64,000 nt of DNA from Felis catus. Its lineage: Eukaryota. The notes beneath the pieces are model-generated. The model saw only the letters and a list, made by a program, of their open reading frames with translations, did not search any database and had not been told where the DNA came from. Where the stretch lies: contig NC_058383.1 of NCBI RefSeq assembly GCF_018350175.1, forward strand, positions 26,290,001-26,354,000, given 5' to 3'. The stretch's first letter is position 1. Each line of letters begins with the position of its first letter. This document shows positions 51,270 through 64,000 of this stretch, in pieces. The translations under genes were made by a program, and so were the position numbers.

Positions 51270-52345
51270 TCCCAGTTGGGGGGTTTTGCACTCAGAGGAT
51301 GTTTGGTGATGTAGAGAGACATTTGGGGTTGTCACACTTGGGGGTGGTATGCTACTGGCATGGAGTACATGGAGACCAGGGATGCTGTTAAACATCCTAC
51401 AGTGCACAGGACTGCCCCCACAAGACAGAATGATCTAGCCCCAGATAGTACCAAGGTTGACAAATCTTGTTGTAGATGAGGCGAAGGACTTGTTATTGTT
51501 GTTGTTTTAAAGTTTATTTATTTAAGTAATCTCTCTACCCAAGGTGGGGTTCAAACCCATGACCCATGTGATCAAGAGCCACATGCTCTTCAGACTGAGC
51601 CAGCCAGGCACCCCTAGATTAGGCTAAGGACTTTGGATTTCATTCTAAGAGCGGTGGATGGAGGGTGTTAATTAGGGAAGCAAGAGAATGGCCCGGTTCT
51701 GTTTTCTCTTCTAAACCAGAGTGTTGGACCAAATTATCCAGCTCTGACATGCCAACCTTATCTGACTAAATTTGGGTGGGAGAAGGGAGACTTCATAGCG
51801 TTGGAGAATAAGCAATCTCCCAGAATAAGCAATCCGTTCTTCCTGGGGAGGCTGAGCCCACTTCCTGGGTTTTGTGTCGGGTGCTTGGGCTTCTGCTTAC
51901 AGCAAAGAAGAAAGGCTCAAAGAGGAAGCAGAAGGATAGGAATTGTACTTGATATGTGGCTTCCAGCTGGTACTTTGGCCTCCTTCAATCTGGAGAAGAA
52001 GACCCAAGACAAGCTTAGCTGAGGTAGTGAATAGACTCTCGTCATATCTATTGGAGAAAAATTCAGTCTTTGGTTGGTACTAACATTTGTCCAGGCTAGA
52101 CTCATGGATACGAAGAGAATATTAGTTAATATTTCAGTACTGTGGATATTTTGGGCCAGATTATTCTTTGTTGGGGGGTTGGGGTGGAGGTATCCTGCAC
52201 TTTTTAGGATTTTTAACAGCATCCCTGGCCTCAACCCCCCACACGTCAGTAGCAGCCCCCTCCCAATTTGTGACAACAAAAAATCTCTCCAGACATTGCC
52301 AAATGTCCCTAGAGGTGTGAGGGAGGGAAAAATTGCCCCAGGTTG
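51270..52345. mobile_element. Two MER20-like DNA transposons (~51270-51470, ~52130-52345) and a SINE fragment (~51505-51614)
   Basis: gagacatttggggttgtcac...ccagggatgctgttaaacatcctacagtgcacagga and an inverse copy. Confidence 0.7.
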
Positions 52346-52874
52346 ATGTAAGTGTCAGGGGCCAATACTTCATGGGTGTCCACAAAGATCACCATAAATT
52401 CCATGATTCTTCCGGGGAGGGTGGGGCAGGTTGGGGAGTTATTGAGCTAGATGGTCCTGCTTTTTCTGTTCTGTAATCTAAGTTCCTTACCATCTGGCCG
52501 CCGGTCAGCTTTCAAATTTAGCATCGGATATTTCTAGGGAGGAGGGACAAGGAAGATGCTGTCTTCAGGACTCCTCCAGGGACGTTTTTGCCTTCAGATT
52601 GTTTAGAGCCGTAGTTTTTGATGTCTGAGTGGATGTTATTGTTCAGATGTGTCACACATTCTGGAACAAAGGCCCTGAGTTTAGTGAGAACCCTCCACTT
52701 TCTTGGGGGCTGGGCTGAGATACAACCTTGAGATCCCAAGCCCTGAAAGTTATGGGACCTGTCATCATAAGTCACTCAAGAGAACAGCAATGGTTGACTT
52801 TCTCCACAGTGATTACTTCAGAATTATTTCTGAATATCAAATATTAAATTCTTGCCCCAAAATGTATTTCTCTC

Positions 52875-54597
52875 TCTTTTTAAAATTTTTATATGTTTTT
52901 TTTATTTATTTTTGAGAGGAAGACAGAGTGTGAGCAGGGGAGATCAGAGAGAGAGGGAGACACAGAATCCGAAGCAGGCTCCAGGCTCCGAGCTGTCAGC
53001 ACAGAGCCCGACACGGGACTCGAACCCACAGACCGTGAGATCATGACCTCAGGCGACATCAGACGCTTACCCGACTGAGCCACCCAGGCGCCCCTCTCTT
53101 TTTTTTTACTTGAAGTGCAGGTTGAGGGTATCCACGACACATACCTGTTCCGCCTGAGGGTGAAGCCAGCATCATCTTCCCCATTTAAAAAGCAAAGGAA
53201 AATATAAAAACCAAGAGTACAGGGGCGCCTGGGTGGCGCAGTCGGTTAAGCGTCCGACTTCAGCCAGGTCACGATCTCGCGGTCCGGGAGTTCGAGCCCC
53301 GCGTCAGGCTCTGGGCTGATGGCTCAGAGCTTGGAGCCTGTTTCTGATTCTGTGTCTCCCTCTCTCTCTGCCCCTCCCCCGTTCATGCTCTGTCTCTCTC
53401 TGTCCCAAAAAAAAAAAATTTAAAAAAAAAAAAAAATTAAAAAAAAAAAAACCAAGAGTACAAATAAGTGGGGGTGATGTTATTTGTGAAGAGAATCCTC
53501 ATTAATTTATTTAGAAATCCAAATTAGTAACCATCTTTGCCTGCTTTACTGTTAATAGCAAGTTACTTGGGACTTTATCTTTTGAAATCAAGAACTTCAG
53601 GACCAGAACAGCAAAGGGTAGTGGGACTGCAGTGCACGGTTCTGTTACTCGGGTCCATCTGCATGGAGTGTCCTTCCCTGAAATATTTCCTGGGCAAAAT
53701 CCTACCTATCTTTTTTGTCCTAGTTTTATTGAGATATAGGTGACATATAACAATATGTAAGTTGAAGGTGTACAATGTCATGATTTGATACACATATATT
53801 TTGAAGTGATTACCATGATACAGTTAGTTAATACATCCTACTTACCTTTTTAAGTTTATTTATTTTGAGACAGAGAGAGAGAGCATGAGCAGGGGAGGGC
53901 AGAGAGAGAGAGAATCCCAGGCAGGCTCCCTGCTCAGTGCAGAGCCCAGCTCGGGGCTTGATCTTGTAAACTGTGAGAACATGACCTGAGCCAAAATCAG
54001 GAGTCCAACACTTAACCTACTGAGCCACCTGGGTGCCCCTCTTTTTTTTTTTTTAAGTAATCTCCACACCCAATGGCAGGCTTGAAACTCACAGTCCCAA
54101 GATCAAGAGTCTTGTGCTCCACCGACTGGGCCAGCCAGGCGCCCCCATCCTACTTATCTTGAAAGACTTAACTCGTGGGGCGCCTGGGTGGCTTGGTCGG
54201 TTAAGCGTCCGACTTCGGCTCAGGTCATGATCTCACGGTCCGTGAATTCGAGCCCCGCGTCGGGCGGGCTCTGTGCTGACAGCTCAGAACCTGGAGCCCG
54301 TTTCAGATTCTGTGTCTCCCTCTCTCTCTGCCCCTCCCCTGTTCATGCTCTGTCTCTCTCTGTCTCAAAAATAAATAAATGTTAAAAAAAAAAATTTTTT
54401 TTTAAAGAAAGACTTAACTCAAGGGGCACACCTGGGTGGCTCAGTCGGTCAAGCATCCGACTCTGGCTCAGGTCGTGATCTCACGGTTCGTGGGTTCGAG
54501 CCCCATGTCAGGCTCTGTGCCTGTGCCAACAGCCCAGAGCCTAGAGCCTGCTTCAGATTCTGTGTCTCCCTCTCTCTCTGCCCCTCCCCCACTCATG

Positions 54598-54637
<40 letters not shown>

Positions 54638-55007
54638 AATAAATAATAAAACATTAAAAAAATACTTAACTTGAATGCCTCCTCTGGGAAGCCTTCCCTG
54701 ACCATGCCCCTCCCAAGAATGGGTTGTACTTTACTATGTCTTGCACTAGATCAGGTTTATGTGGCTCATTAACACTTAGGACCCATGATTTGTTTTCATT
54801 GAGGTAAAATTTACATAATGTCAAGATAAACTTTTTGTTTTCAAGATAATTTATTTATTTAGAGACAGCAGAGGGAGAGGGGGAATCCCAAGCAGGCTTC
54901 ACTCAGCACAGAGCCCGATGCAGGGCTTGATCCTGTGACCACGAGATCACAACCTGAGCCGAAATCAAGAGATGGTCGCTTAACGAACTAAGCCACCCAG
55001 ATGCCGC
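52875..55007. mobile_element. Dense Can-SINE cluster (seven copies, mixed orientation)
   Basis: 52875-53094(-), 53222-53450(+, young), 53845-54039(-), 54040-54146(-), 54177-54405(+), 54423-54660(+), 54845-55007(-). Confidence 0.87.
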
Positions 55008-55014
55008 TCAATCT

Positions 55015-55720
55015 AACAATTTTAAAGTGTATACAGCTCAGTGGCATTTAGTACGTTCTCGGTGTTGTGTAACCATCACCTCTCTCTAGTTCCAGAATAT
55101 TTTCATCATTCCAGAGGAGACCCATGCCCACTGAGGAGTCACTCCCCATATCTGTCCCACTAGCCCCCAGCCTGTCTCCTACAGATCCTAGCAACCACCA
55201 ATTTGCTCTCTGTCAGTCTAGATTTACCTGTTCTGGATGTCTCAGAAATGGAATCATACCATAAGTGATTTTGTATCTGGCTTCTTTCAGCTACCATAAT
55301 GTTTCCAGGGTTCAGCTACAAAATATTGTAGCATGTATCGCTACTTCATTCCCTTTTATAACTTTCTGTCCTATGGTTATGCTACATTTTGTTCATCCAT
55401 TCATCCATTGGTGGACATTTGGCCCACTTCCACCTTTTGGCTATTGTGAATCGTGCACAACCATGAACATTCACGTACAAGTTTTTCTGTTCTCTTGGGA
55501 GAATGGAAATACCAAGAAGAATTGCTGGGTCGTGTGGTAACTCTAGGTTTATCCTTTTGAGGAAGAGCCAGGCAAGTAGCACAGTGGCGACACCATTTTA
55601 TATTCCCACCAGCAGCACCCAGGCTTCCAATTTCTCCACATCTGCATCAACACTTGTTATTTTCTGGTTGTTGTTGTTGTTTTTCTAGCCAACCCAGTGA
55701 GTGTGAGGCCACTGGAATTT
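55015..55720 (-). mobile_element. L1M 3' end fragment
   Basis: ORF 55382..55582 contains degenerate L1 ORF2 (LPHDPAILLGI...KCPPMDEWMNKM). Confidence 0.8.
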
Positions 55721-57139
55721 TGATTTGTTTTTGTATCTTTCCTGCTCCCCACCCATAAGCCGAATTGTTGGTGGCATTGTACTTTCGTTACCAGCCACAT
55801 TTTATAAGAGTTAATGAGCGGGCTGAGCTTGCCTCCTGTCCTTATTTATAATGTGATCTTGAGCACGTCACTCGGCTTCACTGAGCCCAGATTCTTTCCT
55901 CGAACATGGGAACCTCCAGAGCTGTTGAGGGGCAGAAATGAGCCAGAGTCAGTGCCTGCCCCAGGGTGATTTCGCAATACAGGTTTGCCATAATTATCAC
56001 GATCATGATGTCCCGGTGCCTAGGACTGAGTAACTGTAGAATAAGTGTTAATTAAATAAATCAGTGAACCCTTGGATATCGCTCAACTAGCCCTCTTTTT
56101 TATTTCTGCCAACTGTCCCCTGAATTTGAGACAACTGTCTTGCAAATTGATCACTCCCAAGGTGAGGCAGAGAGAAGGAGTAGTGGATCAATGGGACCAC
56201 TTCCCTTGGAAAAATACAGCGTGAAAACCTTGATAGTTGTGTGTTGGAGGGGAGGGTGGGGGAGAGCTGGAGAGAGCAGCTGCTCATAACCTTCGAGGAG
56301 AAAGAGGAATAAAAGAGCTTTTTTTTTTTTTTTTTTTTTTTTGACATGAAAAACAATTTTCTTAGAAAGCGGAAGATAGAGGATGACACTAGCAGCTGCC
56401 TTGTTGAAGGTTGGTCAATGGCCCCCCCGAGAGGAAAAGAGCAACTCTCTTCTCTCTGGAAAGGGCTTGAGGGCCCCTTAGGCGCTGAGAGCCCTGTAGC
56501 TGACCTTGCTCCTTTTTCCATTTCCTGTAAGGACCTCTGGGGTGGACGTACTCCCACAGGTCAGCCTCTGGGCAGCTTTCTTTAGCTGCCATGGATCTTT
56601 CTAGAATCCACCTCTTAGCTCACTCCAGCCACTCTAGCCTTCATTCTCTTCCTGAATCTCTCCCTCTTCCCACCCCTCTGCCTGGTGTGTCCCCCTCTCC
56701 ACCTCACTTCCATTAGGCCTTCCTCAAACCTCACCTCACAGAGGCCTTGCCTGAGCGCCCTGGCTGACGTGACGGCCCCCACATGTGCCCCACCAGTCAC
56801 CATTCTCTTACCCTGCCTAGGATTTCGTGCTTGCTTTTTAAATGTTTGTGTTATGTTTTTAAATGAAATATTTCTAACTTAAAAGAATAAAACAAATACC
56901 CAGGTAACCATGTCCGAGATCTGACAAATGCTAATAATATTCTTCCCTGTTTGGTTATTTCATATCTCCCCTTTTAATCAACTTTATTAAGGTATAATTT
57001 ACATACGATAAATACATACATTTTAAATACGTAGCTTGTTGATTTTTGGCAAATGCATGCATGTAACTGCCACTATAATCAAGATACAGAGTATTTCCCG
57101 CGCCCCAGAAACGTCCCTCATCTCCCTACCCTGCTGGAT

Positions 57140-57962
57140 TTTTCTTTTTTTTTTTTAATTAAAAATTTTTTTCTTTAATTTTTTAATGTTTATTTTTGAG
57201 AGAGAGAGTCAGAGAGAGTGAGTGGGGAGGAGCACAGAGAGAGGGAGACACAGAATCCGAAGCAGGCTCCAGGCTCTGAGCTGTCAGCACAGAGCCCAAT
57301 GCGGGGCTTGAACCCACGAATCATGAGATCATGACCTGAGCCAAAGTCGGATGCTTAACTGACTGAGCCACGCAGGCACCCCTCATATTCAGCATTATCT
57401 GAAATCACCTCATTTGTGACTTTTTTTTCCTTTTAAGTTTATTTATTTATTTTGAGAGAGTGTGCGAGTGGGGAAGGGGCAGAGAGGGGGAGAGAATCCC
57501 GAGCAGGCTCTGCAATGACAGCATGGGGCTCAAACTCATGATCATGACCTGAGCCAAAAGCAAGAGTCAGATGCTTAACCAACCGAGGTGCCCCCATTTG
57601 TGTCTTTTTTAGTCTGTTTACTCTCTCTCTGTCCACATCTTTTTTTTTTTAATTTTTTTTTAACGTTTATTTATTTTTGAGACAGAGAGAGACAGAGCAT
57701 GAATGGGGGAGGGTCAGAGAGAGGGAGACACAGAATCTGAAACAGGCTCCAGGCTCTGAGCTGTCAGCACAGAGCCCGACGCGGGGCTGGGCTCGAACTC
57801 ACGGACCGCGAGATCATGACCTGAGCCGAAGTTGGCCGCTTAACCGACTGAGCCACCCAGGCACCCTATTTTTTTTTTTAATTTTTAAAAAAAATTTTTT
57901 TTAACGTTTATTTATTTTTGAGACAGAGAGAGACAGAGCATGAATGGGGGAGGGTCAGAGAC
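57140..57962 (-). mobile_element. Four minus-strand Can-SINEs
   Basis: 57140-57382, 57420-57595, 57640-57867 and truncated 57868-57962. Confidence 0.87.
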
Positions 57963-58094
57963 CTTGTGTGCACATCTTGACACACAGTGAGGTACATTGA
58001 TGGGGTAATTCCTGGAAATGGAACTATGGAGTCGATGGATATTTCCTTCTTTCGCTATCCTAAAAGAGACATCTGTCCCCCTTTCTCTCTTCTA

Positions 58095-58330
58095 ACCCGT
58101 GTCTCAGTCTGAGCACTGTTGCCATTTCGGGCTGGACCATTCTTTGTTTTGGGGGGTGGAGAGGGCGGTCTTGTACACTGCAGGATGTTGAGCAGCATCC
58201 CTGACCTCTACCCACTAGCTTCCCTAGCGTCCCCCACCTCAGTTGTGACAACCCAAAATGTCTTTAGACGGTGGAAAATGTCCCCGGGGGGGTTAGGGGC
58301 GGCCACATTGTCCCCATATGAAAACCACTG
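58095..58330. mobile_element. MER20-like DNA transposon
   Basis: cactgcaggatgttgagcagcatccctgacctctacccacta...tgtgacaacccaaaatgtc...aaaccactg. Confidence 0.75.
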
Positions 58331-59235
58331 GTCTATCTCTGTAGGCTGATTTCCTGCCATACAGTTTTGTCCCTTGGTTGGGCCTATCTTTAAATGAATT
58401 ACCCTCGATGACATTAGATGTGTTGAATTTATTTTTCACCAGCTCAGTGGACTGAAGTACACGTTATGATCCCTACCTGGAGAGCTGTATCATGAGTTGA
58501 GCAGCTGGTTAGTTGTAGAACCAGGGAAGTCTTTGCTCTAAGTCTACAAGGATATGAATGCTTCTCCCTGGTGAATTCTCTGCATTTCTTGCCTCAGGAT
58601 AAATATGTCTGCAGAGTCAGGCTCTGAGGATACTGCGTCTTCCAGGCCTTAAAGAACAAGGGGGAAACCCCTTACAGCTGTGTATAGGGGCTGTCTGAAC
58701 TTCCCTGATGAATCAGCACACTGAGTTGGCCATTCTTGTCTTTAAAAACCTGCAAGCTTGCCTGTAAAGCAGTGAAGGATAGATGGGGACATAGTGAAAT
58801 GAAGCAGGCAGGTCCCATCCAGGGGTGCGGAGGGTGGGCTGCACTGTGGCCAGATGTTACGAGGTGGGGATGTGGAGCCCAGCCTTGCCGGACCTTCATT
58901 GTTCAAGAAAGGCAAGAAATCCAGAACTTTTTTTGAAAGTGTGATGTCTTGATTCTTGATTTTTATAATAATTAGCAACTTACTATGTTTCAACTTGATG
59001 TGGGCCAAATGAAATGCATCTATCTACAGGCTGACAGTTTGTAACCTCTGAGGTAATGTGTGAGGTTACTTCTTGTTTGGGGACTAACTCACTCAGCCCA
59101 GAAATCTTTTGGCTTGACTGTGGATGCAGTCAGCGCATGTTTATTGAGTATCTACCATGTGCCAAACTATGTTCCAGAGCTGCCGCTTGACGTAAATTTG
59201 CTGGAATGACTGATAACCGAAAGGGATAGAGATTA

Positions 59236-59392
59236 TGGGTGGGCAGATGGATGGACAGAGTGATAAAAGAAGGATAGATGGATGATGGATGGCTGAAAGA
59301 TGGATGGCTGATGTGTAGAGGAAGGATGGATGGATGAATAAATAGATGGAGGATGGCTAGCTCATGGGTGGTTACATGGATGGATAAATAGA
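59236..59392. repeat. Degenerate (GGAT)n repeat
   Basis: gatggatgg units. Confidence 0.8.
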
Positions 59393-59719
59393 TCAATCTG
59401 ATCTTTTAGAGATATATACTAAAATATTATAGATAAGATAATATGTTTGGGAATTACTTCAGAATGATATGGGGAGTTGAATGAGAGTATATGTAAATCA
59501 AGATAATTATTGAATCTGAGTGATGGTGGACATGAGGAGTTTCCTTATACTTTTTTGCTTTCTTTTGAATATGATTGGAAATTTCCCATACTAAAAATAT
59601 TTGTTTTAATGTTCTTGTCATTTAGAGATACACTCTGAAGGATATACAGGTAAAATGACATCATGTCTGGGACATGGTTTAAAATATTCAGCTAAAATTT
59701 TTTGCAAGTCGGTGTATAG

Positions 59720-60060
59720 ATGTGCTATGCTCTGAATGCTTGTGTCCTCCCAAAATTTATATGCTGGAATCCTAACGTCCAATGTGCTGCTGTTGCAAGA
59801 GAGGGCCCTTGGGAGGTAATTAGGTTATGAAGGTGGAGCCCCCTTGAATGGGATTAGGGGCCCACATTGCTCCCCAGTCCCTTCTACCATGTGACGGCAC
59901 AACAAGAAACCTGTGACCCAGAAGATGGCCCTCACCCAACCATGCCGGCACCCTGATCTTGAACTCCCAGCTTTCAGGACTGTGAGAAGTTTTTGTGGTT
60001 TATAAGCCACCCAATCTATGGTATTTTGTTGTATGAACAAAGACAAGTACAGACTAAGAC
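59720..60060. mobile_element. MLT1A-like LTR
   Basis: tgctatgctctgaatgcttgtgtcctcccaaaatt...ataagccacccaatctatggtattttgtt...gactaagaca. Confidence 0.8.
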
Positions 60061-60317
60061 ACGATGAAACATCCTTTAGCAAAATGTTGATCGTTGTTAC
60101 CACTGGGTGGTGGGTATATAGAGATTCATTACACGGGCCTATGTAAATCTGTATATGGTTGCAAGTTTTTACAATAACTTTTTTTTTTTTTTAATGGGAC
60201 AGAGAAGTGGGGCCTCCTGTTTTCCAGGTACTTTTGGAAGTGTGGAATCAGGCTCTGGGTGAATTTCTCACAAGCATGGTAGTGTTGACATCAAAGGAAT
60301 GGGTATTTAAAAAAAAT

Positions 60318-60528
60318 GTTTTTTTTAACATTTATTTATTTTTGAGACAGAGAGAGACAGAGCATGAATGAGGGAGGGTCAGAGAGAGAGGGAGACACAG
60401 AATCTGAAACAGGCTCCAGGCTCTGAGCTGTCAGCACAGAGCCCGACGCAGGGCTTGAACTCACGGACTGCGAGATCATGACCTGAGCTGAAGTCGGTCG
60501 CCCAACCGACTGAGCCACCCAGGTGCCC
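60318..60528 (-). mobile_element. Can-SINE
   Basis: TSD ggaatgggtattt. Confidence 0.9.
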
Positions 60529-61141
60529 TGGAATGGGTATTTTTTAACAAGGGATGTCACTGGCTGAGTGTTGCCATAGTGAGGCTAGAAGCCAGGGCTC
60601 TGTTGTGGACCCCAGGTTGAGAACAGATTTCTTGCCCACATAGGTGCTCCCACTTCTGTTGGGAGGCAGAAAAGCACAGTGGTCGGAGTGTCTGGAATCA
60701 GCCTTCCTGGGTCCAAACACCAGTGCTGCCATTTTCTAGCTGTGTGGCCTTGAACGTGGGATTTCACTATCCTGTTCCTCAGTTTCCTCATCTATTAAAT
60801 GAGAGTTAATAGTAACATGTTACAGACTCATTGTGGAGATTGAACTACTTATTCCACAGAAAATGCTTAGCACGGTACTTGATATGTAGCATGTATTTAT
60901 TATCATTATCAGTGCTTTGTTGTTACTACTGCTAAGTATTTTAAGAACAGAAAGAACTTTCTGAGATAGGTGGGATGATTGAGGGCAGAGGCTAAGAGAA
61001 GCCCAAGAAAGAGGCACCCACTGTCAAACGATCCACCCACAGAAGCCCATTCATAAGCTGCTGGAATCACTTTCCTGCAAGCTAGGTACAAAAAGGAATA
61101 CAAGAAAAAAGCAACTTCCCAACCATTTCTTTTCTCTGCAG

Positions 61142-61262
61142 AATGAGGTAGAGCTGGGGGAGCTGCTTCTGTCCTTGAATTATCTCCCAAGTGCTGGGAG
61201 ACTGAACGTTGACGTCATTCGAGCCAAGCAACTTCTTCAGACAGATGTGAGCCAAGGTTCAG
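61142..61262 (+). CDS. SYT17: SYT17 exon 6, start of C2B (NEVELGELLLSLNYLPSAGRLNVDVIRAKQLLQTDVSQGS)
   Basis: tttctctgcag|AATGAG...TCAG|gtacag, 121 nt; translated by hand; follows a ~32.9 kb intron. Confidence 0.96.
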
Positions 61263-61766
61263 GTACAGTGTGACCCTTCCTTCCCCCTTTCCTTAACATA
61301 GCACCTTTGTTTGTTTGACATGGGGACTTGATTTTTTTTTTTCCTGCATTCCTGAGACTATTAAGAAGACCCTGTGAGGGTAAACAAATAGCTTTTAGAA
61401 CTAGGATGTTAGACCAAGAGGAAAAATAAAGAATCAGATGTCTCTTAGGATGAGGCAGGTAAATGATGCCATCTCAGTAACCCATTTGAACTGGGAATTT
61501 GACTGAGACCACGTGTGATAACTATTGACCTCTGCATGCTCTTTGTATACACGCAGCCCCAAGGAAGTTACTTGCCTATCCAGATGCTATGCCTGCAGTG
61601 CAGATGCTATGCTCCAGGTGGCGGTAGTGTGCACTGACCACACCTTCTGGTCTCTGGGCGTGTGGGGTACACCCTGAGGTTTTTTTTCCCTAGCTCATTT
61701 CAAGTAGACCGTGAATCTTTTTAAATCTGAACTCTGAAAAGACTGTTGTATTTAAAGTGTCTGACT

Positions 61767-62002
61767 GGGGTGCCTGGGTGGCGCAGTCGGTTAAGCGTCC
61801 GACTTCAGCCAGGTCACGATCTCGTGGTCCATGAGTTCGAGCCCCGCGTCGGGCTCTGGGCTGATGGCTCAGAGCCTGGAGCCTGTTTCCGATTCTGTGT
61901 CTCCCTCTCTCTCTGCCCCTCCCCCGTTCATGCTCTGTCTCTCTCTGTCCCAAAAAAAATAAACGTTGAAAAAAAAAAATAAAAAAAAATAATAAATAAA
62001 AA
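61767..62002 (+). mobile_element. Young SINEC_Fc
   Basis: Perfect TSD taaagtgtctgact; CpG-rich head. Confidence 0.93.
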
Positions 62003-62780
62003 TAAAGTGTCTGACTGTATAGCAAACCAATTCAAGCATGACTTTTAATGAAATGGAACAGATTCCATTCCATCTGTATGTAGCTTCTCCCTTGACAGCA
62101 AAGGATATTATCATGAAAGTAGCCAGGGTCTCTGGGACCTCTTCAGCTCAGTGGAGGAACTACTGTCTCCTCTAAGTACAGTAGCTAAAATAAATCACTT
62201 TTGCTGTAAGGTGACAGCTGCATTTAGAAGACAACTTGCATTCTCAAAAACCACATTATAAAAATAGAGGTTTTGAACGGGCCATTGGAAGGGATGGTAT
62301 TAAAGCTGGAGAGTTTCAGACTCATCACCATGGGAAAGTCAGTATGATAAAATGATTAAGTGTTTCAAAGTCAAACTGCCTGAACCAAGTCCTAATTCTA
62401 CTGCTTACAAATGATGTGACCTTGAAGAGGTTATTTAACCTCCATAAGCCTCAATTTCTCCATCTGAAAAATTGAGATAATAATAGTACCCATCTCACTG
62501 GATTGTTTCAACAAATATTAGATAAGGTACGCAGATCTCTTTGTAAACTAGAAAGTGATCTAAGAATGATAGTTACTATTCTGATACTCCTACGTATGTG
62601 CTACAGGCTCACTGACAAGGTAATGGGTTTCTAGGGGCAGAAAAATGAGGGCAGACTCTGGGTCTGACTCTTCTCCCACTAGTCTGATCTTAAGTAGATC
62701 ATTTCCTATCTTGAGTCTTCAGTTTCTTCATCTGTTAAATGCATACAGTGCTTGACACATGGAAGGAGCTCAATAAATCT

Positions 62781-63004
62781 TGGATGGCTGGAGGAAGAGA
62801 GAAGGGGATGAGCAGATAAGCAGCTGGATGGGGAAGAGAGAGGAATAGTAATGGACGGATGGATGGGAAGATGGATGAACAAAAGGAGGGGTGGATACCT
62901 GGACTGATGGATGGAAAGATAAATGGATTGATGGGGATAAAGAGTGACGAAAGGATGGGTAGATGGTTGGGTTATCAGATAGATGGCAAGTTGGATGGAT
63001 GGAT
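62781..63004. repeat. Degenerate (GGAT)n purine-rich repeat upstream of exon 7
   Basis: ggatggatgg units ending ~48 nt before the acceptor. Confidence 0.8.
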
Positions 63005-63052
63005 TGAGTTTCATGAGCTCCAACATTGTATAATGCTGTGTCTGATTCCCAG

Positions 63053-63208
63053 ACCCGTTTGTGAAAATCCAGCTGGTACATGGACTCAAGCTTGTGAAAA
63101 CAAAGAAGACATCCTTCTTAAGAGGAACAATTGATCCTTTCTACAATGAATCCTTCAGCTTCAAAGTTCCCCAAGAAGAACTGGAAAATGCCAGCTTAGT
63201 GTTTACAG
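63053..63208 (+). CDS. SYT17: SYT17 exon 7, C2B (DPFVKIQLVHGLKLVKTKKTSFLRGTIDPFYNESFSFKVPQEELENASLVFT); gene continues past the window
   Basis: ttcccag|ACCCG...ACAG|gtacgt, 156 nt; polybasic KTKKT and NESFSF C2B motifs; no stop codon reached. Confidence 0.96.
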
Positions 63209-63754
63209 GTACGTTGTGTTCCAGATCCTGATGATCTCCAGGTGAGGCTATTCCACTTATTGTCCTAAAAACAGAAGGTATGTAGAGAGGACAGTCTTTA
63301 AGAACTTCATGTCTGGTATTCAGCTACCTGGGTTTGAATTCATTTACCACTTGTGAACTTGGGCAAGATCCATAAAACTGTACAGCATGATTATTACAAA
63401 TGTAAACTTTGGAGCCAGGTTTCCTGGCGCTTCCACATAATTACTGAAGACTTGGGCAAGTAGCTTGGCCCCTCTGAGCCTCAGTTTCTTCACCTATGAA
63501 ATGGGCAATAATAGTACTTGCTTCATAGGTTTGTCGTGAAGACTAAGGGACTTACAACCTGGAAATAGTAATGAGTGCTCACTATGTTAGTTTTGGTTGC
63601 ATGATCATTCCAGTAGCTTATAGTCTAATAGGGAAACATGAGGAAATAGGGTCACCTAACTCAGGAGGATTTTGAAAGCCTTCCCAGAGGACATGGTGTT
63701 TAAGTAGAGGCTCCATGTGCCACTCTGGTTGAATTTAATCGGTTGTTTTCAGGG

Positions 63755-64000
63755 TGTATTAGTTATCTATTGCTGCAATACGAATTTAGTGACTTAAAAC
63801 AGTGAACATTTATTAAGCTCATAGTTCCTATGGCTCAGGAACCCAGGCATAGCGTTGCTCGGTGCTCCTGGCTGAGGTTATCTCACAAGGCTGCACTCAA
63901 GGTATTGGCTGGGGCTGCAGTCTCATCTTAATGCTCATCTGGGGGAGGATCTGTTTTTAAGCTTATGCACATAGTCAGCGGTTGGCAGGATTCCGTTTCT
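63755..64000. mobile_element. MLT1/MLT2-like LTR, running off the window
   Basis: tgtattagttatctattgctgcaata...ttagtgacttaaaacag...gctggggctgcagtctcatct. Confidence 0.7.

Noticed and set aside
1116..62114. Recurrent similar short ORFs (MAQSVKHPTSAQVMIS..., GAPGWRSRLSVRLQPGHDL...)
   Set aside because: Translations of Can-SINE copies, not a gene family or a CRISPR-like array

Overview
Mammalian genomic DNA, most likely a felid: it is densely populated by tRNA-derived Can-SINEs of the SINEC_Fc type and has a carnivore-type L1. The window holds the CpG-island promoter and coding exons 1-7 of synaptotagmin-17 (SYT17, B/K protein) on the + strand. The exons are 15, 18, 149, 149, 620, 121 and 156 nt (1228 nt). 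They splice with canonical AG/GT into one open frame: MAYIQ-LEPLNE-GFLSRISDLLLCRWTFRHCCQKCYESSCC...C2A...C2B. The last coding exon lies beyond the window. The rest is intergenic or intronic DNA full of SINEs, L1/L2/L3, MIR, MaLR/ERVL LTRs and hAT DNA transposons. Repeat family names come from recalled consensus sequences, not a database search, and repeat boundaries are approximate. I found no evidence of a new multi-gene system. The best leads are fine-scale: a 5-codon uORF just before the SYT17 start, an alternative first exon contributing only ATG, an 18-nt microexon with an unusual acceptor, a long AG-exclusion zone before exon 3, an apparent Cys>Phe loss in the palmitoylation cluster, an L1 with a likely 3' transduction tag, and young or nested SINE insertions.
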